A stretch of DNA of 64,000 nucleotides, taken from positions 18,206-82,205 of the forward strand of contig JAFCCO010000004.1 in assembly GCA_017610175.1 (NCBI GenBank), in the 5' to 3' direction. The stretch is from Candidatus Iainarchaeum sp. (GTDB lineage Archaea > Iainarchaeota > Iainarchaeia > Iainarchaeales > GCA-2688035). Under the pieces are notes generated by a model. That model had not been told where the DNA came from. It did no database searches and worked only from the letters and a program-made list of their open reading frames with translations. Shown here one piece after another: positions 9,549 to 19,746 of the stretch. Numbering within the stretch: position 1 is the first letter of the stretch; every line of letters begins with the position of its first letter. Position numbers and translations under genes: made by a program.

Positions 9549-10472
9549 TCAGTAAAGCACGTCGAAAGCTTTTTTGCCCTCAATTGAAAGAAGGAAGTCA
9601 TACCGGTCGTTAACGTACTTCTGGATTTTTTCAACTTCCTCTTCGTTCACGTGCCTGAATCTTCCCTGAAGCTCAAGATATTCCTTTACAGGCTTTGGCT
9701 TTTCCACTTTCTGGTTGAATTGGAGAACGCCGTTATCTATTTCGTAAAGCGGGAAAACCCTTGTCTGGATTGCAAGCCTGCTTAATTCCATTGTGTCAGC
9801 GCTCTTGCAGTGCCAGCCAACAGGGCAGACACAGTAGGCATGCAGGAAAGTTGTGTGGTTTCGGGAAAGTGCCGTCTCAACCTTTTTTTTCATGTCAAAT
9901 AAGTTTGCAGGTGACATTGAAGCCACATAATTAAGCCCGTGTGCGGCAACAATGAATGCGAGTGGCTTTTTTGGCTCCTGCTTTCCGTGAATTTTCTTTC
10001 CATCGGGGCTTGTTGTTGTTGAAGCGTACGGGAAAGTTGCCCCGCTTCTCTGCACCCCTGTGTTCATATAAGCCTCGTTGTCTGTTGCAATGTAGGTAAA
10101 CTTGTGCCCGCGTTCCATTGCCCCGCTCAATGCGCCAAATCCAATGTCAAACGAGGCGCCGTCTCCGCCCATTGCAATGATGTTTACGCCCTCTCTTTTG
10201 CCCTGTGCAATCAATCCACGGTCAATGCCTGAGGCAATTGCCGCTGCATTTTCAAAAGCACCGTGAACCCACGGAACTTTCCAAGCGGTTTGAGGGTAGG
10301 GTGTTGAAACAACTTCCATGCAGCCAGTTGCCTGTGCAACTATTGTGTTGGAGCCCGCTGCCTTCATTATGTGCCTTAGCACAAGCGCCTCTCCGCATCC
10401 CGCACATGCCCTGTGCCCGGAAGCAAAGTACTCGTCGTAACTAATTCCCTTAACGTCCTTCACATTAACCAC
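9549..10472 (-). CDS. porB: Pyruvate:ferredoxin oxidoreductase beta subunit
   Basis: GHRACAGCG, GGDG...DNEAYMNTG TPP motif, CPVGW. Confidence 0.95.
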   Translation of the reverse strand: MVNVKDVKGISYDEYFASGHRACAGCGEALVLRHIMKAAGSNTIVAQATGCMEVVSTPYPQTAWKVPWVHGAFENAAAIASGIDRGLIAQGKREGVNIIAMGGDGASFDIGFGALSGAMERGHKFTYIATDNEAYMNTGVQRSGATFPYASTTTSPDGKKIHGKQEPKKPLAFIVAAHGLNYVASMSPANLFDMKKKVETALSRNHTTFLHAYCVCPVGWHCKSADTMELSRLAIQTRVFPLYEIDNGVLQFNQKVEKPKPVKEYLELQGRFRHVNEEEVEKIQKYVNDRYDFLLSIEGKKAFDVLY

Positions 10473-11596
10473 TCTCTCTTCTGCTTTCCTGTTTCAAGGT
10501 CCAGATAAACGCTTTCCATGTGGTCCAAGGTAACATCGCGCCCTCCAAGCCCTGCAATGTACCCGAACACGTCAAGACCTGGGGCGATTGCGTTAATTTC
10601 CGTGAAAAGTGGCCCGTCTGAACCGAGGGAGATGTGCCTGTCAAGAACAGCAAGCCTTGTAAGCTTCTTAAATGCTTTTTTAAGTGCCTCAACAGGGAAT
10701 GGCCTGTAAGACCTAAGCCTTATCACCCCAACCTTCTTCCCTTTCGCCCTAAGTTCCTCTGCTTTTGCCTTTGCCGTTCCGCAGATTGTTCCCATTGCAA
10801 GAATGGCGTATTCGGCGTCATCCATTTTGTAAAGTTCAATTAGCCCGTCGCCGTAGCCTCTGCCAAAAAGCTTTTTGTAGTCAAGATTTGCCTTCTTGAT
10901 TACATCAATTGCGTTAATCATTGCGTCCTGCTGCTGTTTCTTGAAGTTCATGAAAGAGTCAGGCAGTCCGATTGGCCCGAATGTTTTCGGGTTTTTCACA
11001 TCAAGAATGTCTTCCCTCTTAAACGGGGGCAGGAATGAATCAACCTGCTTTTGTTCAGGGATATCGACATTTTCAAACACATGGGTTAATGAAAACCCGT
11101 CGAGGCACATCATCACAGGCATTTGGACATTTTTGTCCTCCGCAATCTTGTAGCACTGGATTATTGTGTCAATACATTCCTGGCTTGATTCAACGTAAAA
11201 CTGTACCCATCCCTGGTCACGGGCTGAGACCGCATCGCTGTGGTCGTTCCAAATGTTAATTGGCCCAGCAACCGCCCTGTTTGCAACAGCCATAACTGCA
11301 GGAAGCCTCATTCCACTCAAGATTGGCAAAATTTCGTACATCAATTCAAAGCCGTTGCTGCTTGTCGCGGTAAAGCTTCTTGCACCGGTAAGAATTGATC
11401 CAATAAGTGCGGATGCAGCTGAGTGCTCTGACTCAACGTGAATCATTTCGGCATCCATTTCCCCGTCAAAAATGTAGTCTGAAATCCTTTCAGGAATGTG
11501 TGTGGAAGGGGTTATGGGATACATTGGGCATACCTTTACCCTTGAAAGCTTTGCACCGAGCGCAACAGCCTCGCTTGCCTCAATAACAGTCTTCAT
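10460..11596 (-). CDS. porA: Pyruvate:ferredoxin oxidoreductase alpha subunit
   Basis: YPITP, VESEHSA, RPFP, GLGGRD. Confidence 0.95.
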   Translation of the reverse strand: MKTVIEASEAVALGAKLSRVKVCPMYPITPSTHIPERISDYIFDGEMDAEMIHVESEHSAASALIGSILTGARSFTATSSNGFELMYEILPILSGMRLPAVMAVANRAVAGPINIWNDHSDAVSARDQGWVQFYVESSQECIDTIIQCYKIAEDKNVQMPVMMCLDGFSLTHVFENVDIPEQKQVDSFLPPFKREDILDVKNPKTFGPIGLPDSFMNFKKQQQDAMINAIDVIKKANLDYKKLFGRGYGDGLIELYKMDDAEYAILAMGTICGTAKAKAEELRAKGKKVGVIRLRSYRPFPVEALKKAFKKLTRLAVLDRHISLGSDGPLFTEINAIAPGLDVFGYIAGLGGRDVTLDHMESVYLDLETGKQKREWLM

Positions 11597-11907
11597 TTCT
11601 GCTCCAACTCCTTGCTTATTGCCTTAACCGGGCATTCCCTGAAGCAAATCAGGCATCCCTTGCAGTAGTCATAGTTTATGCGATACTTCCCGTCCTTGTC
11701 AATATAAATTGCCGCATCAGGGCAGACTCTCCAGCAGGTACCGCACTTGATGCAGGTTTTTTGGTCAATTACCGGGCGAAATGTTCTCCAGCTTCCGGTG
11801 TGGTACTTCTTGGTGTTTCCGGGAGTCCTGATTACTGCACCGGTATTAAGCGGAATTGACTCCTTGGCCACATCCCCAACTGTTTCCTTTCTGGTCACCC
11901 TTGGCAC
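11593..11907 (-). CDS. porD: Pyruvate:ferredoxin oxidoreductase delta subunit (2x4Fe-4S)
   Basis: TGSWRTFRP, two CxxCxxCxxxCP motifs. Confidence 0.95.
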   Translation of the reverse strand: MPRVTRKETVGDVAKESIPLNTGAVIRTPGNTKKYHTGSWRTFRPVIDQKTCIKCGTCWRVCPDAAIYIDKDGKYRINYDYCKGCLICFRECPVKAISKELEQK

Positions 11908-12462
11908 CTACTTCATCCCCTTTGCTTTTTCGTAGAGAACACGGCAGGCTTCCTTGTTGAGGCCTGCAATCTTTCCCTTTTCCGCAAAGCGTTCATCAAT
12001 TGCCTTGTTAAGTGCTTCAATTGAAACCTCGCCGGTCATTGCGGCAAATGCCCCCAAAGCCGCTATGTTTACAAACGGCTTGCCTATTACCTCAAGCGCA
12101 ACCTTTGTTATGTCAATTGATTTTGCATCAAAACCTTTGAGCCCAAGCTCAGAGGGTGTTTTGTTGCTGTTAACAATTATTAAAGCATCCTTCTTCAGTC
12201 CCTTTGTGACATCAACGTTTGCCATAAGGGAGGGGTCGAGAACAATAACGTAAGCAGGACTGTAAACGTGTGACCTGACATTAATGTGCTTGTCGTCAAT
12301 TCGTGTGTAGCTTTCAACAGGAGCCCCTGTCCGTTCAACACCAAAATTTGGAAAGGCCTGGGTGAATTTCCCGTCGTGGAAAGCGGCAATTGCCAAAACC
12401 TGGCTGCTGGTTACAGCCCCCTGTCCACCTCGCCCGTGAAAGCGAACTTCTTTCAGAACCAT
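11908..12462 (-). CDS. porG: Pyruvate:ferredoxin oxidoreductase gamma subunit
   Basis: HGRGGQGAVT, FGVERTGAP. Confidence 0.95.
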   Translation of the reverse strand: MVLKEVRFHGRGGQGAVTSSQVLAIAAFHDGKFTQAFPNFGVERTGAPVESYTRIDDKHINVRSHVYSPAYVIVLDPSLMANVDVTKGLKKDALIIVNSNKTPSELGLKGFDAKSIDITKVALEVIGKPFVNIAALGAFAAMTGEVSIEALNKAIDERFAEKGKIAGLNKEACRVLYEKAKGMK

Positions 12463-12517
12463 ACACTCTAAAATAAGAGAAAAATATTATAAAGGCAAGC
12501 CACCTACATTTTTAACC

Positions 12518-12790
12518 ATGCCAAGATGCAGAATTATTGTTAAAGGGCGAGTACAAGGGGTTGGATTCAGGTTCTTTGTCTCAAGAACAGCCAACGGCAT
12601 GGGATTGAAGGGATTTGTAAGAAACCTGCCAAACGGATGCGTTGAGGCTATTGCAGAGGGAAGCAAGGAATTGCTTGAAAGATTTGTAAAACTGCTTGCA
12701 GACGGCCCGATTACTTCCTCCGTTGAAGACCTCGAAATTAAGTGGGAAGAGGAAAAAGGCGAATTTCAGGGATTTGGAATAAACTATTAA
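12518..12790 (+). CDS. acyP: Acylphosphatase
   Basis: GRVQGVGFR, GFVRNLPNG. Confidence 0.95.
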   Translation: MPRCRIIVKGRVQGVGFRFFVSRTANGMGLKGFVRNLPNGCVEAIAEGSKELLERFVKLLADGPITSSVEDLEIKWEEEKGEFQGFGINY

Positions 12791-13275
12791 ACCGCCTTTA
12801 CAACAAAAGTGAGCTGGTCCTCATACTTCTTCTCACCCTGAACAAAGAGCGAAAGCTTTACTTTGTATGAACCGCTGTTTATTTCCTTGCCCGGGTTTGG
12901 CCTTATAACAAACGGGTCAAGGGTCCGTTCCGTTCCTGAAGCCATTGAATCAATTCTTCTCGATGCAGGCGAAATAATAAGGTTGCCGCTTCCAATCTCC
13001 TCAACACGCACAACCAAGGACGACTCAGTCTGCACGGACGTATTGAAAACGTTTACATTAAGCATTGAGCTGGCCGCAGCGTGCTCGGAAAGGTCAAGTG
13101 GGTTGGGGGAAAGTGAAAAGGACAACGGTTTTGGCTTGAGTGCCTCATTAAGCGAAACAAGCAGTGCAACCGCAACAATAATTGCCAAAATTGCCAGAAC
13201 AGGATACTTCAGCTGCCTGAGCGAAATGTTTATCGACGGCAGTGAAAAACTGTTGTCGTCGTCGTATATTCCCAT
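12787..13275 (-). CDS. Membrane-anchored hypothetical protein with Ig-like domain
   Basis: Single N-terminal TM helix then beta-rich domain (GSYKVKL). Confidence 0.6.
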   Translation of the reverse strand: MGIYDDDNSFSLPSINISLRQLKYPVLAILAIIVAVALLVSLNEALKPKPLSFSLSPNPLDLSEHAAASSMLNVNVFNTSVQTESSLVVRVEEIGSGNLIISPASRRIDSMASGTERTLDPFVIRPNPGKEINSGSYKVKLSLFVQGEKKYEDQLTFVVKAV

Positions 13276-13314
13276 AGCTTAAAATAAGTGCCTTTTGCTT
13301 AATAAAAGGTTTCA

Positions 13315-14646
13315 TCAGGCGCTTTCATAGTAGTGTTTAAGTTCCCATTCGGTAACCTGGGCGCTGTAGTCCCCCCACTCCCTTTTCTTTATCGCAATAT
13401 ATTTCTCAAAAAGCTCTTCACCCAAAGTAGCCCTTACAACCTTGTCCTTGCGCAATTCCCCAATTGCCGAATTCAGTGAGTCCGGCAGGGTTTCAATTCC
13501 GCTTTCAGCCAGTTGTTTCTCGCTGAAGGAGTGGACATTTCCATCAATTGGGGTTGGCAACTCAGCCCCCTTGCTGATTCCATCCAGCCCTGCTTCAAGC
13601 ATTATGGCAAGGGCAAGATATGGATTGCAGCTCGTGTCAGGGCACCTCAGTTCAGCTCTTGTGCTCTGTTCTCTCCCTTCGCTGACCCTTGGAATTCTTA
13701 TCAGCGCGCTTCTGTTTATTTGAGCCCAGCAAATGTAAACAGGGGCCTCAAAGCCGGGAACAAGCCGCTTGTATGAGTTAACACTTGGGCAAAGAATTCC
13801 AGCCATCCCCTTGGCATGGTTTAGCTGGCCTGCGATAAAACCCTTTGCATCATCACTTAAATTATGCTTGTCAGCGGAATCAAAGAAAAGATTTTTTCCC
13901 TCTGAATCAAACAGGCTCTGATGCACATGCATCCCATTGCCCGCATCTCCAAAAACCGGCTTTGGCATAAATGACGCATAAAGGCCATGGTGGTGGGATA
14001 TGTTTTTTGCCACATGTTTGAAGGTGGAAACATTGTCGGCTGCGGTTAATGCATCGGCATATTTAAAATTAATTTCATGCTGGCCGCAGCCAACCTCGTG
14101 ATGCGAAGTTTCAACGGTCAGACCCATTGCCTGAAGTGCAAATATCATGTCCCGTCTTACATCGGTTGCAAGGTCTTTTGGGGCAAAATCAAAATAGCCC
14201 GCTGAGTCGTGCGGAATCGCTTTTTGGGAATCTTGGTCGCCCTTGAAGAGAAAAAATTCCATTTCAGGGCCTGCCATAAAATTAAAGCCCTGCTTCTTTG
14301 CTTTGTCCACCGCTTTCTTTAGGGTGTTTCGCGGGTCACAGGGGGACTGGGTGCCGTTCGGGGAGAAAACATCACACAATACCCTTACAGTGTTGCAGCC
14401 GTTGTTTTTCCAGGGTAAAACAGAGTATGTTACATGGTCGGGAACAAGGTACATGTCGGATTCCGCAAGCCTTGCAAATCCCTCTATACTGCTGCCGTCA
14501 AACCAGGCACCCTTTTCAAGCACTTCCTCCAGGCGCTCAACAGGGATTGTGACACTTTTAAGGCCGCCAAGCAAGTCCATAAACATTAGCTCGACAAGCC
14601 TGACCTTGTCAGATTTTGCTTTGTTTAACAAATTTTTTTCAACCAT
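13315..14646 (-). CDS. glnA: Glutamine synthetase type I
   Basis: FDGSSIEG, HHEVGCGQHEI, FMPKP, GNGMHVHQS, NSYKRLVPGFEAP, NRSALIRIP. Confidence 0.97.
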   Translation of the reverse strand: MVEKNLLNKAKSDKVRLVELMFMDLLGGLKSVTIPVERLEEVLEKGAWFDGSSIEGFARLAESDMYLVPDHVTYSVLPWKNNGCNTVRVLCDVFSPNGTQSPCDPRNTLKKAVDKAKKQGFNFMAGPEMEFFLFKGDQDSQKAIPHDSAGYFDFAPKDLATDVRRDMIFALQAMGLTVETSHHEVGCGQHEINFKYADALTAADNVSTFKHVAKNISHHHGLYASFMPKPVFGDAGNGMHVHQSLFDSEGKNLFFDSADKHNLSDDAKGFIAGQLNHAKGMAGILCPSVNSYKRLVPGFEAPVYICWAQINRSALIRIPRVSEGREQSTRAELRCPDTSCNPYLALAIMLEAGLDGISKGAELPTPIDGNVHSFSEKQLAESGIETLPDSLNSAIGELRKDKVVRATLGEELFEKYIAIKKREWGDYSAQVTEWELKHYYESA

Positions 14647-14786
14647 CAAATCACAATAAAAAAAGTGTTTCTAAAGGTTATATACTTTTTGTACAATTTA
14701 CCAAACAATACCTCTACTAAAAAGCTTTTTTTAAAACAAATGTTTAAAATTACTTCCACACAGTAAACTTTTTTGAACGATTGAAT

Positions 14787-15230
14787 ATGAAAATCGACAA
14801 AACCGACCAGGAAATAATCAACCTTCTGCTGGGCAATGCAAAACTTTCATTCAGAAAACTTGCCAAAAAAGCAGGCGTCAGTGTTGCAACTGCAATGAAC
14901 AGGGTTAAAAGGCTGGAAAAAGAGGGAATAATAAAGGGTTATTCTGCAGAGCTTGACTATGAAAAACTCGGCTACGAGTTTGACGCAATAGTCGAGGTAC
15001 GGGTTTCGCACGGAAAATTGTACGAAGTCGAGGAAAAAATTTCACAAAACCCAAATGTCACCGCAATATATGATGCAACCGGGGAATTTGACATAACACT
15101 CATATGCAAATTCAAAAACAGAAGGCAACTCAACAACTTTGTTAAATCACTGCAAACCATCAAATATGTTGAGCGAACCCTGACAAAGTTGGTGCTGAAA
15201 ACAATTAAAGAAAAGGCAATAAAGGTTTAG
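14787..15230 (+). CDS. Lrp/AsnC transcriptional regulator, divergent from glnA
   Basis: N-terminal HTH, RVKRLEKEGIIKGY, TGEFD. Confidence 0.93.
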   Translation: MKIDKTDQEIINLLLGNAKLSFRKLAKKAGVSVATAMNRVKRLEKEGIIKGYSAELDYEKLGYEFDAIVEVRVSHGKLYEVEEKISQNPNVTAIYDATGEFDITLICKFKNRRQLNNFVKSLQTIKYVERTLTKLVLKTIKEKAIKV

Positions 15231-15517
15231 GGCAACGTGAAAAGCCGATCATCGCCCTTTCCGTCAAGAATTTTTGCGCGAACTCCCGCATCAAGCCAGG
15301 CATGGGCGTAACTGTAGGCGGCAAGAGCAAGCAACAGCTTGCCATGCAGCTCAAAGTGCTTTGCGTCCTCAAAATAGTTGCGCGCCATGGAAAGAAAGTC
15401 CTTTGCACGCTTAAAATCAACTGTTCCCTTTTTTGCAATTATGCTTGCCTTTTCAAGGGCCTCCCTGGTAAGTTTCCTGTACTGCTCAACCCTTTCCTCA
15501 AGCTCGTGACTACTCAT
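15227..15517 (-). CDS. DUF357 protein
   Basis: MARNYFEDAKHF...YAHAWLDAG; usual neighbour of dph5. Confidence 0.85.
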   Translation of the reverse strand: MSSHELEERVEQYRKLTREALEKASIIAKKGTVDFKRAKDFLSMARNYFEDAKHFELHGKLLLALAAYSYAHAWLDAGVRAKILDGKGDDRLFTLP

Positions 15518-16271
15518 AGCCAGCCAACTCCCTCAAAGCCTCTTTCTCCTTGTCATTCAGGTCCCCTGCAATAATCAAGGACTGCGGAAAAGCGGCATAG
15601 GATGAACGCTTAAGTTCTGTTGGCTTTCCTGCCTTAATTTGTTCACTGCCGGCTCCAATCCCGTAAAGACCCACTGCAACAGATTCTGAAACAATTGGCT
15701 TGCCGCGTTTCTTTTCAATCTTTTCAAGAATGGAGAGGGCATCACCAACGCTCATATACAATTCCTTTTCCGCATCAATGTCCAAAAGGCAGAGGGTGTG
15801 AAGCCCAGATTTCTTGTTTGCCTCAATGATGTCATAAAAGGACTCTGGAGCATAATTTTTCTGGGGCGTAACAATTGTGCAGGTTCTTCCAAACTTGTAA
15901 ACGTCAAGCCCTGTGTTCCCAAGAAAATCAAATATGCTTAGGCCCGCAATTGCCTTTGACTTTATTCCCTGCTTTTTTGCATCAAGCAAAACCTGCACAT
16001 GGGTTGTGGCATTAAGTGGGTTTCCAAAAATAAGCAGTGCAACGTCCTCCTGCTTTGCCCCTTTCAGCAGAAGCTCAAACCCCTGCTCAACACCGTCGCG
16101 CTTAAGCTCAATAAACTTTTTTCCAGTGGACTTCTCCAATTCAAAAATGCTACCCTCACTGTACTTGGAGGTGTATGATTCAAAAAACACCTTGGAACAG
16201 GATTCAATTGCCTCTTTGGCCTCGATGGTAATCTGCTTTGGGTTAAGCCCTACGCCTATCAAGTAAAACAT
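15510..16271 (-). CDS. dph5: Diphthine synthase
   Basis: YLIGVGL, ESYTS, ATTH, YKFGRT, GLHTLCLLDI. Confidence 0.93.
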   Translation of the reverse strand: MFYLIGVGLNPKQITIEAKEAIESCSKVFFESYTSKYSEGSIFELEKSTGKKFIELKRDGVEQGFELLLKGAKQEDVALLIFGNPLNATTHVQVLLDAKKQGIKSKAIAGLSIFDFLGNTGLDVYKFGRTCTIVTPQKNYAPESFYDIIEANKKSGLHTLCLLDIDAEKELYMSVGDALSILEKIEKKRGKPIVSESVAVGLYGIGAGSEQIKAGKPTELKRSSYAAFPQSLIIAGDLNDKEKEALRELAGYE

Positions 16272-16303
16272 TTTTTATCAAAAAAAATCTTAGTGGAACA
16301 GGT

Positions 16304-17953
16304 TTAAATCTTTGCCGCTGCGGCCCTGTCGGCAAAAATGCCCGCTCCAAAATGCGGTCGGAGAACTGCTGCAGGACAGCCTTTAACCCCGCCCTTCAAC
16401 GCACACCTAACCGCCTTTGCCTTGTTTTTCCCCGAAGCAAGAAGCAAAATGCTGCGGCTGTTTCCCACAATGGTTTTCAGGCCAACAGTAAGGGCCTGTG
16501 CGGGAGCAATTCCATCCTTAAAACCCCCGCCGTTTACTTTCCTCGTTTGCTTTGAAAGCCTTACAACACGGGTTGCACTTTTCGGGGAACTTCCGGGCTC
16601 ATTGAATGCAATGTGGCCGTTTTGCCCAATTCCCAGAAGGCAAAGATCAATCTTAAAATGTTTAATTGCCGATTCGTGGGCACGGCACTCCCTTTTGAGG
16701 TTGCCAATTGAACCATCCAGAAGGAAAACGTTCCTGTGCCTTGCCCTCACTTTAAGCAAAAAGTGTTTCATAAGAAAGTGGCTGAAGCTGTTTTTGTTTT
16801 CAGGAGAAAGCCCTGCATATTCATCAAGGGCAAAGAACCTCACATTTCTGAAATCAACTTCGCCCCGCTTGCTTGCACCCACAAGAAGGCTGTAAAGTTT
16901 CTTTGGGGTTTCACCCGTTGGCAAAGCAATTGATGCGTTGGGTTTTCTGTTAACAAGTTCTATTACTTTGGCGGCTGCGGCCTTGCTCAGCTCACTGTGA
17001 TTTTTGAATACCGAAACAATGGGGCTTGAATTTGAGCTGATAAATTTCATTAAGCCCTTGCCCTTTGCGGCAACAAGACCGTGCGCAACAATTGTTTTTG
17101 ATGCAACAAAGTTCCCTGCACGCATGCAGTTAAAAAGTGAGAATCTGTTCATCAGGCCAAACACAAACCCCGCATTGAATGCGTCACCCGCCCCTGTTGT
17201 ATCAACAGCCTTTGCTTTAATTGCGGGAACATCAACTGCTTGCGCCCCCTTTACAAACAGGCTCACCCCAAGCCTGCCCCTCTTCAAAATTACCGCGCCG
17301 GTCACTTTCTTAAGCAGGCTCTGCACCCTTGCAGTTTCTGAATTTCCCTTTACAATGTGCTTCAGCTCAACCTCGTTAGTGAAAAGGAAATCAATAAACG
17401 GAAAGAATTTGTTAAGCGTCCAAATGTTTGCGGTGTCAAAGCAGGTGTCAAAGCACACGATTGCTTTCTTTGCCCTAAGTTTTTTTAGCAACGGAACAAA
17501 GCCGGCGCGCAACTTCTTTAGATGATAGAAGCCACCAAAGAAAACCACGTCATCGGCGCGGACTTTTGATAAAATCCGCGATGCGACATCTGAAGCTGTA
17601 ATTCCTGAAAGGCAATTCTTTTTTGAAAGAATTGCTCTGCCCCCGTCTTGCCTGATTGATATTACACTGAATGCATTCCCTTTAGTGCTTTCCACAAGGG
17701 AGAAGCCAACGTGTGCCTTCTTCAATCCCTTTTTCAGAAATGATGTTGCAAAGTCTTTTCCAATTGCACTAACAAGCACCGGCTCCAACCCAAGCTTTGA
17801 GGCGAAGACCGAGAAGTTTGCGGCATTTCCCCCTATTGAAAAATCAAGCGAGTTAAGCGCGTGCTCTTCACCAAAAACAGGTCGGGACAAAATGCCCTGC
17901 AGGACATCCACGCAAAGATCCCCTACCGCAAAAAGCCTTCTTTCATGAGCCAT
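16304..17953 (-). CDS. PfkB carbohydrate kinase fused to glucosamine-6-phosphate deaminase (NagB)
   Basis: N-half GGNAAN, DTTGAGDAFNAG; C-half LPTGETP, LDEY, GIGQNGHIAFNEPG. Confidence 0.9.
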   Translation of the reverse strand: MAHERRLFAVGDLCVDVLQGILSRPVFGEEHALNSLDFSIGGNAANFSVFASKLGLEPVLVSAIGKDFATSFLKKGLKKAHVGFSLVESTKGNAFSVISIRQDGGRAILSKKNCLSGITASDVASRILSKVRADDVVFFGGFYHLKKLRAGFVPLLKKLRAKKAIVCFDTCFDTANIWTLNKFFPFIDFLFTNEVELKHIVKGNSETARVQSLLKKVTGAVILKRGRLGVSLFVKGAQAVDVPAIKAKAVDTTGAGDAFNAGFVFGLMNRFSLFNCMRAGNFVASKTIVAHGLVAAKGKGLMKFISSNSSPIVSVFKNHSELSKAAAAKVIELVNRKPNASIALPTGETPKKLYSLLVGASKRGEVDFRNVRFFALDEYAGLSPENKNSFSHFLMKHFLLKVRARHRNVFLLDGSIGNLKRECRAHESAIKHFKIDLCLLGIGQNGHIAFNEPGSSPKSATRVVRLSKQTRKVNGGGFKDGIAPAQALTVGLKTIVGNSRSILLLASGKNKAKAVRCALKGGVKGCPAAVLRPHFGAGIFADRAAAAKI

Positions 17954-18008
17954 TCAGGCATTTAATAGTATAAATTTGTATTTAACCCTTTTGCAGCAAT
18001 TTTTCTGC

Positions 18009-18605
18009 ATGAAAAAGGCGTTAGTTGTGGTCGCACACCCTGATGACGAAACTATTTGGTGCGGCGGAACAATATTGTCAAATCCAGACAGGGCTTGGAC
18101 AATAATAAGCCTTTGCAGAAAAGACGACCCGGACAGGGCACCCAAATTCAAAAAAGTGTGCGCAAAACTGAATGCAAAATGCGCGATCTCAAACCTTGAT
18201 GATGAAAACGTTGAGAAGCCTGTTGCACTTGAAGAGATTAAGTCACGGGTTGAGTCAATGCTTGCAGAGCTTAATGCGGGGAGTGAATTTGATTTTATTT
18301 TCACGCACGGCGCAACCGGTGAGTACGGACACCGCAGGCACCGCGAAGTTCACCGCGCAGTTATCGAACTGCTTGGCTCCAAGAAGCTTCGCGCGCACAA
18401 AGTTCTCTTCTTCAACTACAAGTTGGACGCGAGTGACGCGTTCTGCACACCGGATGAGCGCGGCGCGGCGCATGTCGAGCGGCTCGGCAACGAGATTGCG
18501 CGAAAGAAATGTTTATTAATCACTTCAACGTATGGATTTAATGAGAAAAGCTTTGAAACGCTAAGCGCACAAAGCAAAGAAACATTTAAAGTGGTTGATC
18601 GGTGA
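18009..18605 (+). CDS. PIG-L/LmbE family de-N-acetylase
   Basis: AHPDDE and THG..GEYGHRRH motifs. Confidence 0.88.
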   Translation: MKKALVVVAHPDDETIWCGGTILSNPDRAWTIISLCRKDDPDRAPKFKKVCAKLNAKCAISNLDDENVEKPVALEEIKSRVESMLAELNAGSEFDFIFTHGATGEYGHRRHREVHRAVIELLGSKKLRAHKVLFFNYKLDASDAFCTPDERGAAHVERLGNEIARKKCLLITSTYGFNEKSFETLSAQSKETFKVVDR

Positions 18606-18606
18606 A

Positions 18607-19746
18607 ATGAAAAGCCTTGTTTTGTATCCATATCCAATGGAACTTGACGGAGTAAGCATCCAAGGGGCAATGCTCCACCGCGGACTCGTTGAGAACGGTG
18701 TTGAGTCTCTTGAGTGCGACCGCGAAGCCGACTTTGAAAAGGAATGGGTTTACAAAAGTTTCAAGCCCGACGTCTCAATCGGAATTGGGTACTGGGGCGA
18801 CACTCCTACTATTATTGAAAATCCAATGCACCACGGAGTGACACCGGTCCCGTGGCTTAATGCGGACGGTTGGGTTGCAAACTACCACGATGTGCTTAAC
18901 GATTTGCCCCTTATTATGGTTACTAGCCACTGGGTGAAGCACACCTACAATCGCGATGGGGTGAGCAACAAAAATCTTGAAGTAATGCCCATCGGGATTG
19001 ATATGGATGAAATGAGCCCCCTGCCCAAAGACCATCAAAGCGTCCAACAGATTAGAAAAATGCTTCGCATAAAACCGGAGCAGAAAATGATTCTTACAAT
19101 AGGTGGGGACACAACAAGCAAGGGCTTCCAGGAAGTGCTTCATGCACTGGGCAAAATTGACAAGGAATTTGGCGACTGGGTTTACGTTGGCAAGAGCTGG
19201 GAATGCAGGTCACCCTACTACCATTACAAAGAGGAACTCAAGATCATGCGCGATCTTGGAATTAGGAGAAAGGTTCGTTTCCTTGACGGTCCGATGTCAA
19301 GAAATATTATGAGGGCGCTGCTTAGCGCGTGCGATATTTACGCCGCCCCAAGCAGAATCGACGGCTTCGGGATGATTCAGGTTGAGGCACAGGCATGCGG
19401 AACGCCGGTTCTCGGAATTGACAGCATGGGAATCAAAGACACGGTAATTCACAACAAAACAGGATTGCTTGCAAAAGTTGGAGAGGAAACAAAGCTTACC
19501 GAAGAGTGGGCTTACAGATGGCACGGATTCAAAAAGAAGCACAAGATTAAGTTTGACGAACCAAAAACCTTTGCGGTCAAAGCCGATGTGGACGATTTAT
19601 CAAAACACCTGCATAAGATGCTAACCGAAGATGAATTCAGGGCAAAGCTTGGAACACAGGCAAGAGAACACGTTGTCAAAAACTTTGAATACAGGCATGT
19701 TGCAAAGCAAGTTGAAAACCTGATTCAGAAAAAGCTTCATCTTTAG
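18607..19746 (+). CDS. Glycosyltransferase family 4
   Basis: KGF, APSRIDGFGMIQVEAQACGTPV. Confidence 0.9.
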   Translation: MKSLVLYPYPMELDGVSIQGAMLHRGLVENGVESLECDREADFEKEWVYKSFKPDVSIGIGYWGDTPTIIENPMHHGVTPVPWLNADGWVANYHDVLNDLPLIMVTSHWVKHTYNRDGVSNKNLEVMPIGIDMDEMSPLPKDHQSVQQIRKMLRIKPEQKMILTIGGDTTSKGFQEVLHALGKIDKEFGDWVYVGKSWECRSPYYHYKEELKIMRDLGIRRKVRFLDGPMSRNIMRALLSACDIYAAPSRIDGFGMIQVEAQACGTPVLGIDSMGIKDTVIHNKTGLLAKVGEETKLTEEWAYRWHGFKKKHKIKFDEPKTFAVKADVDDLSKHLHKMLTEDEFRAKLGTQAREHVVKNFEYRHVAKQVENLIQKKLHL

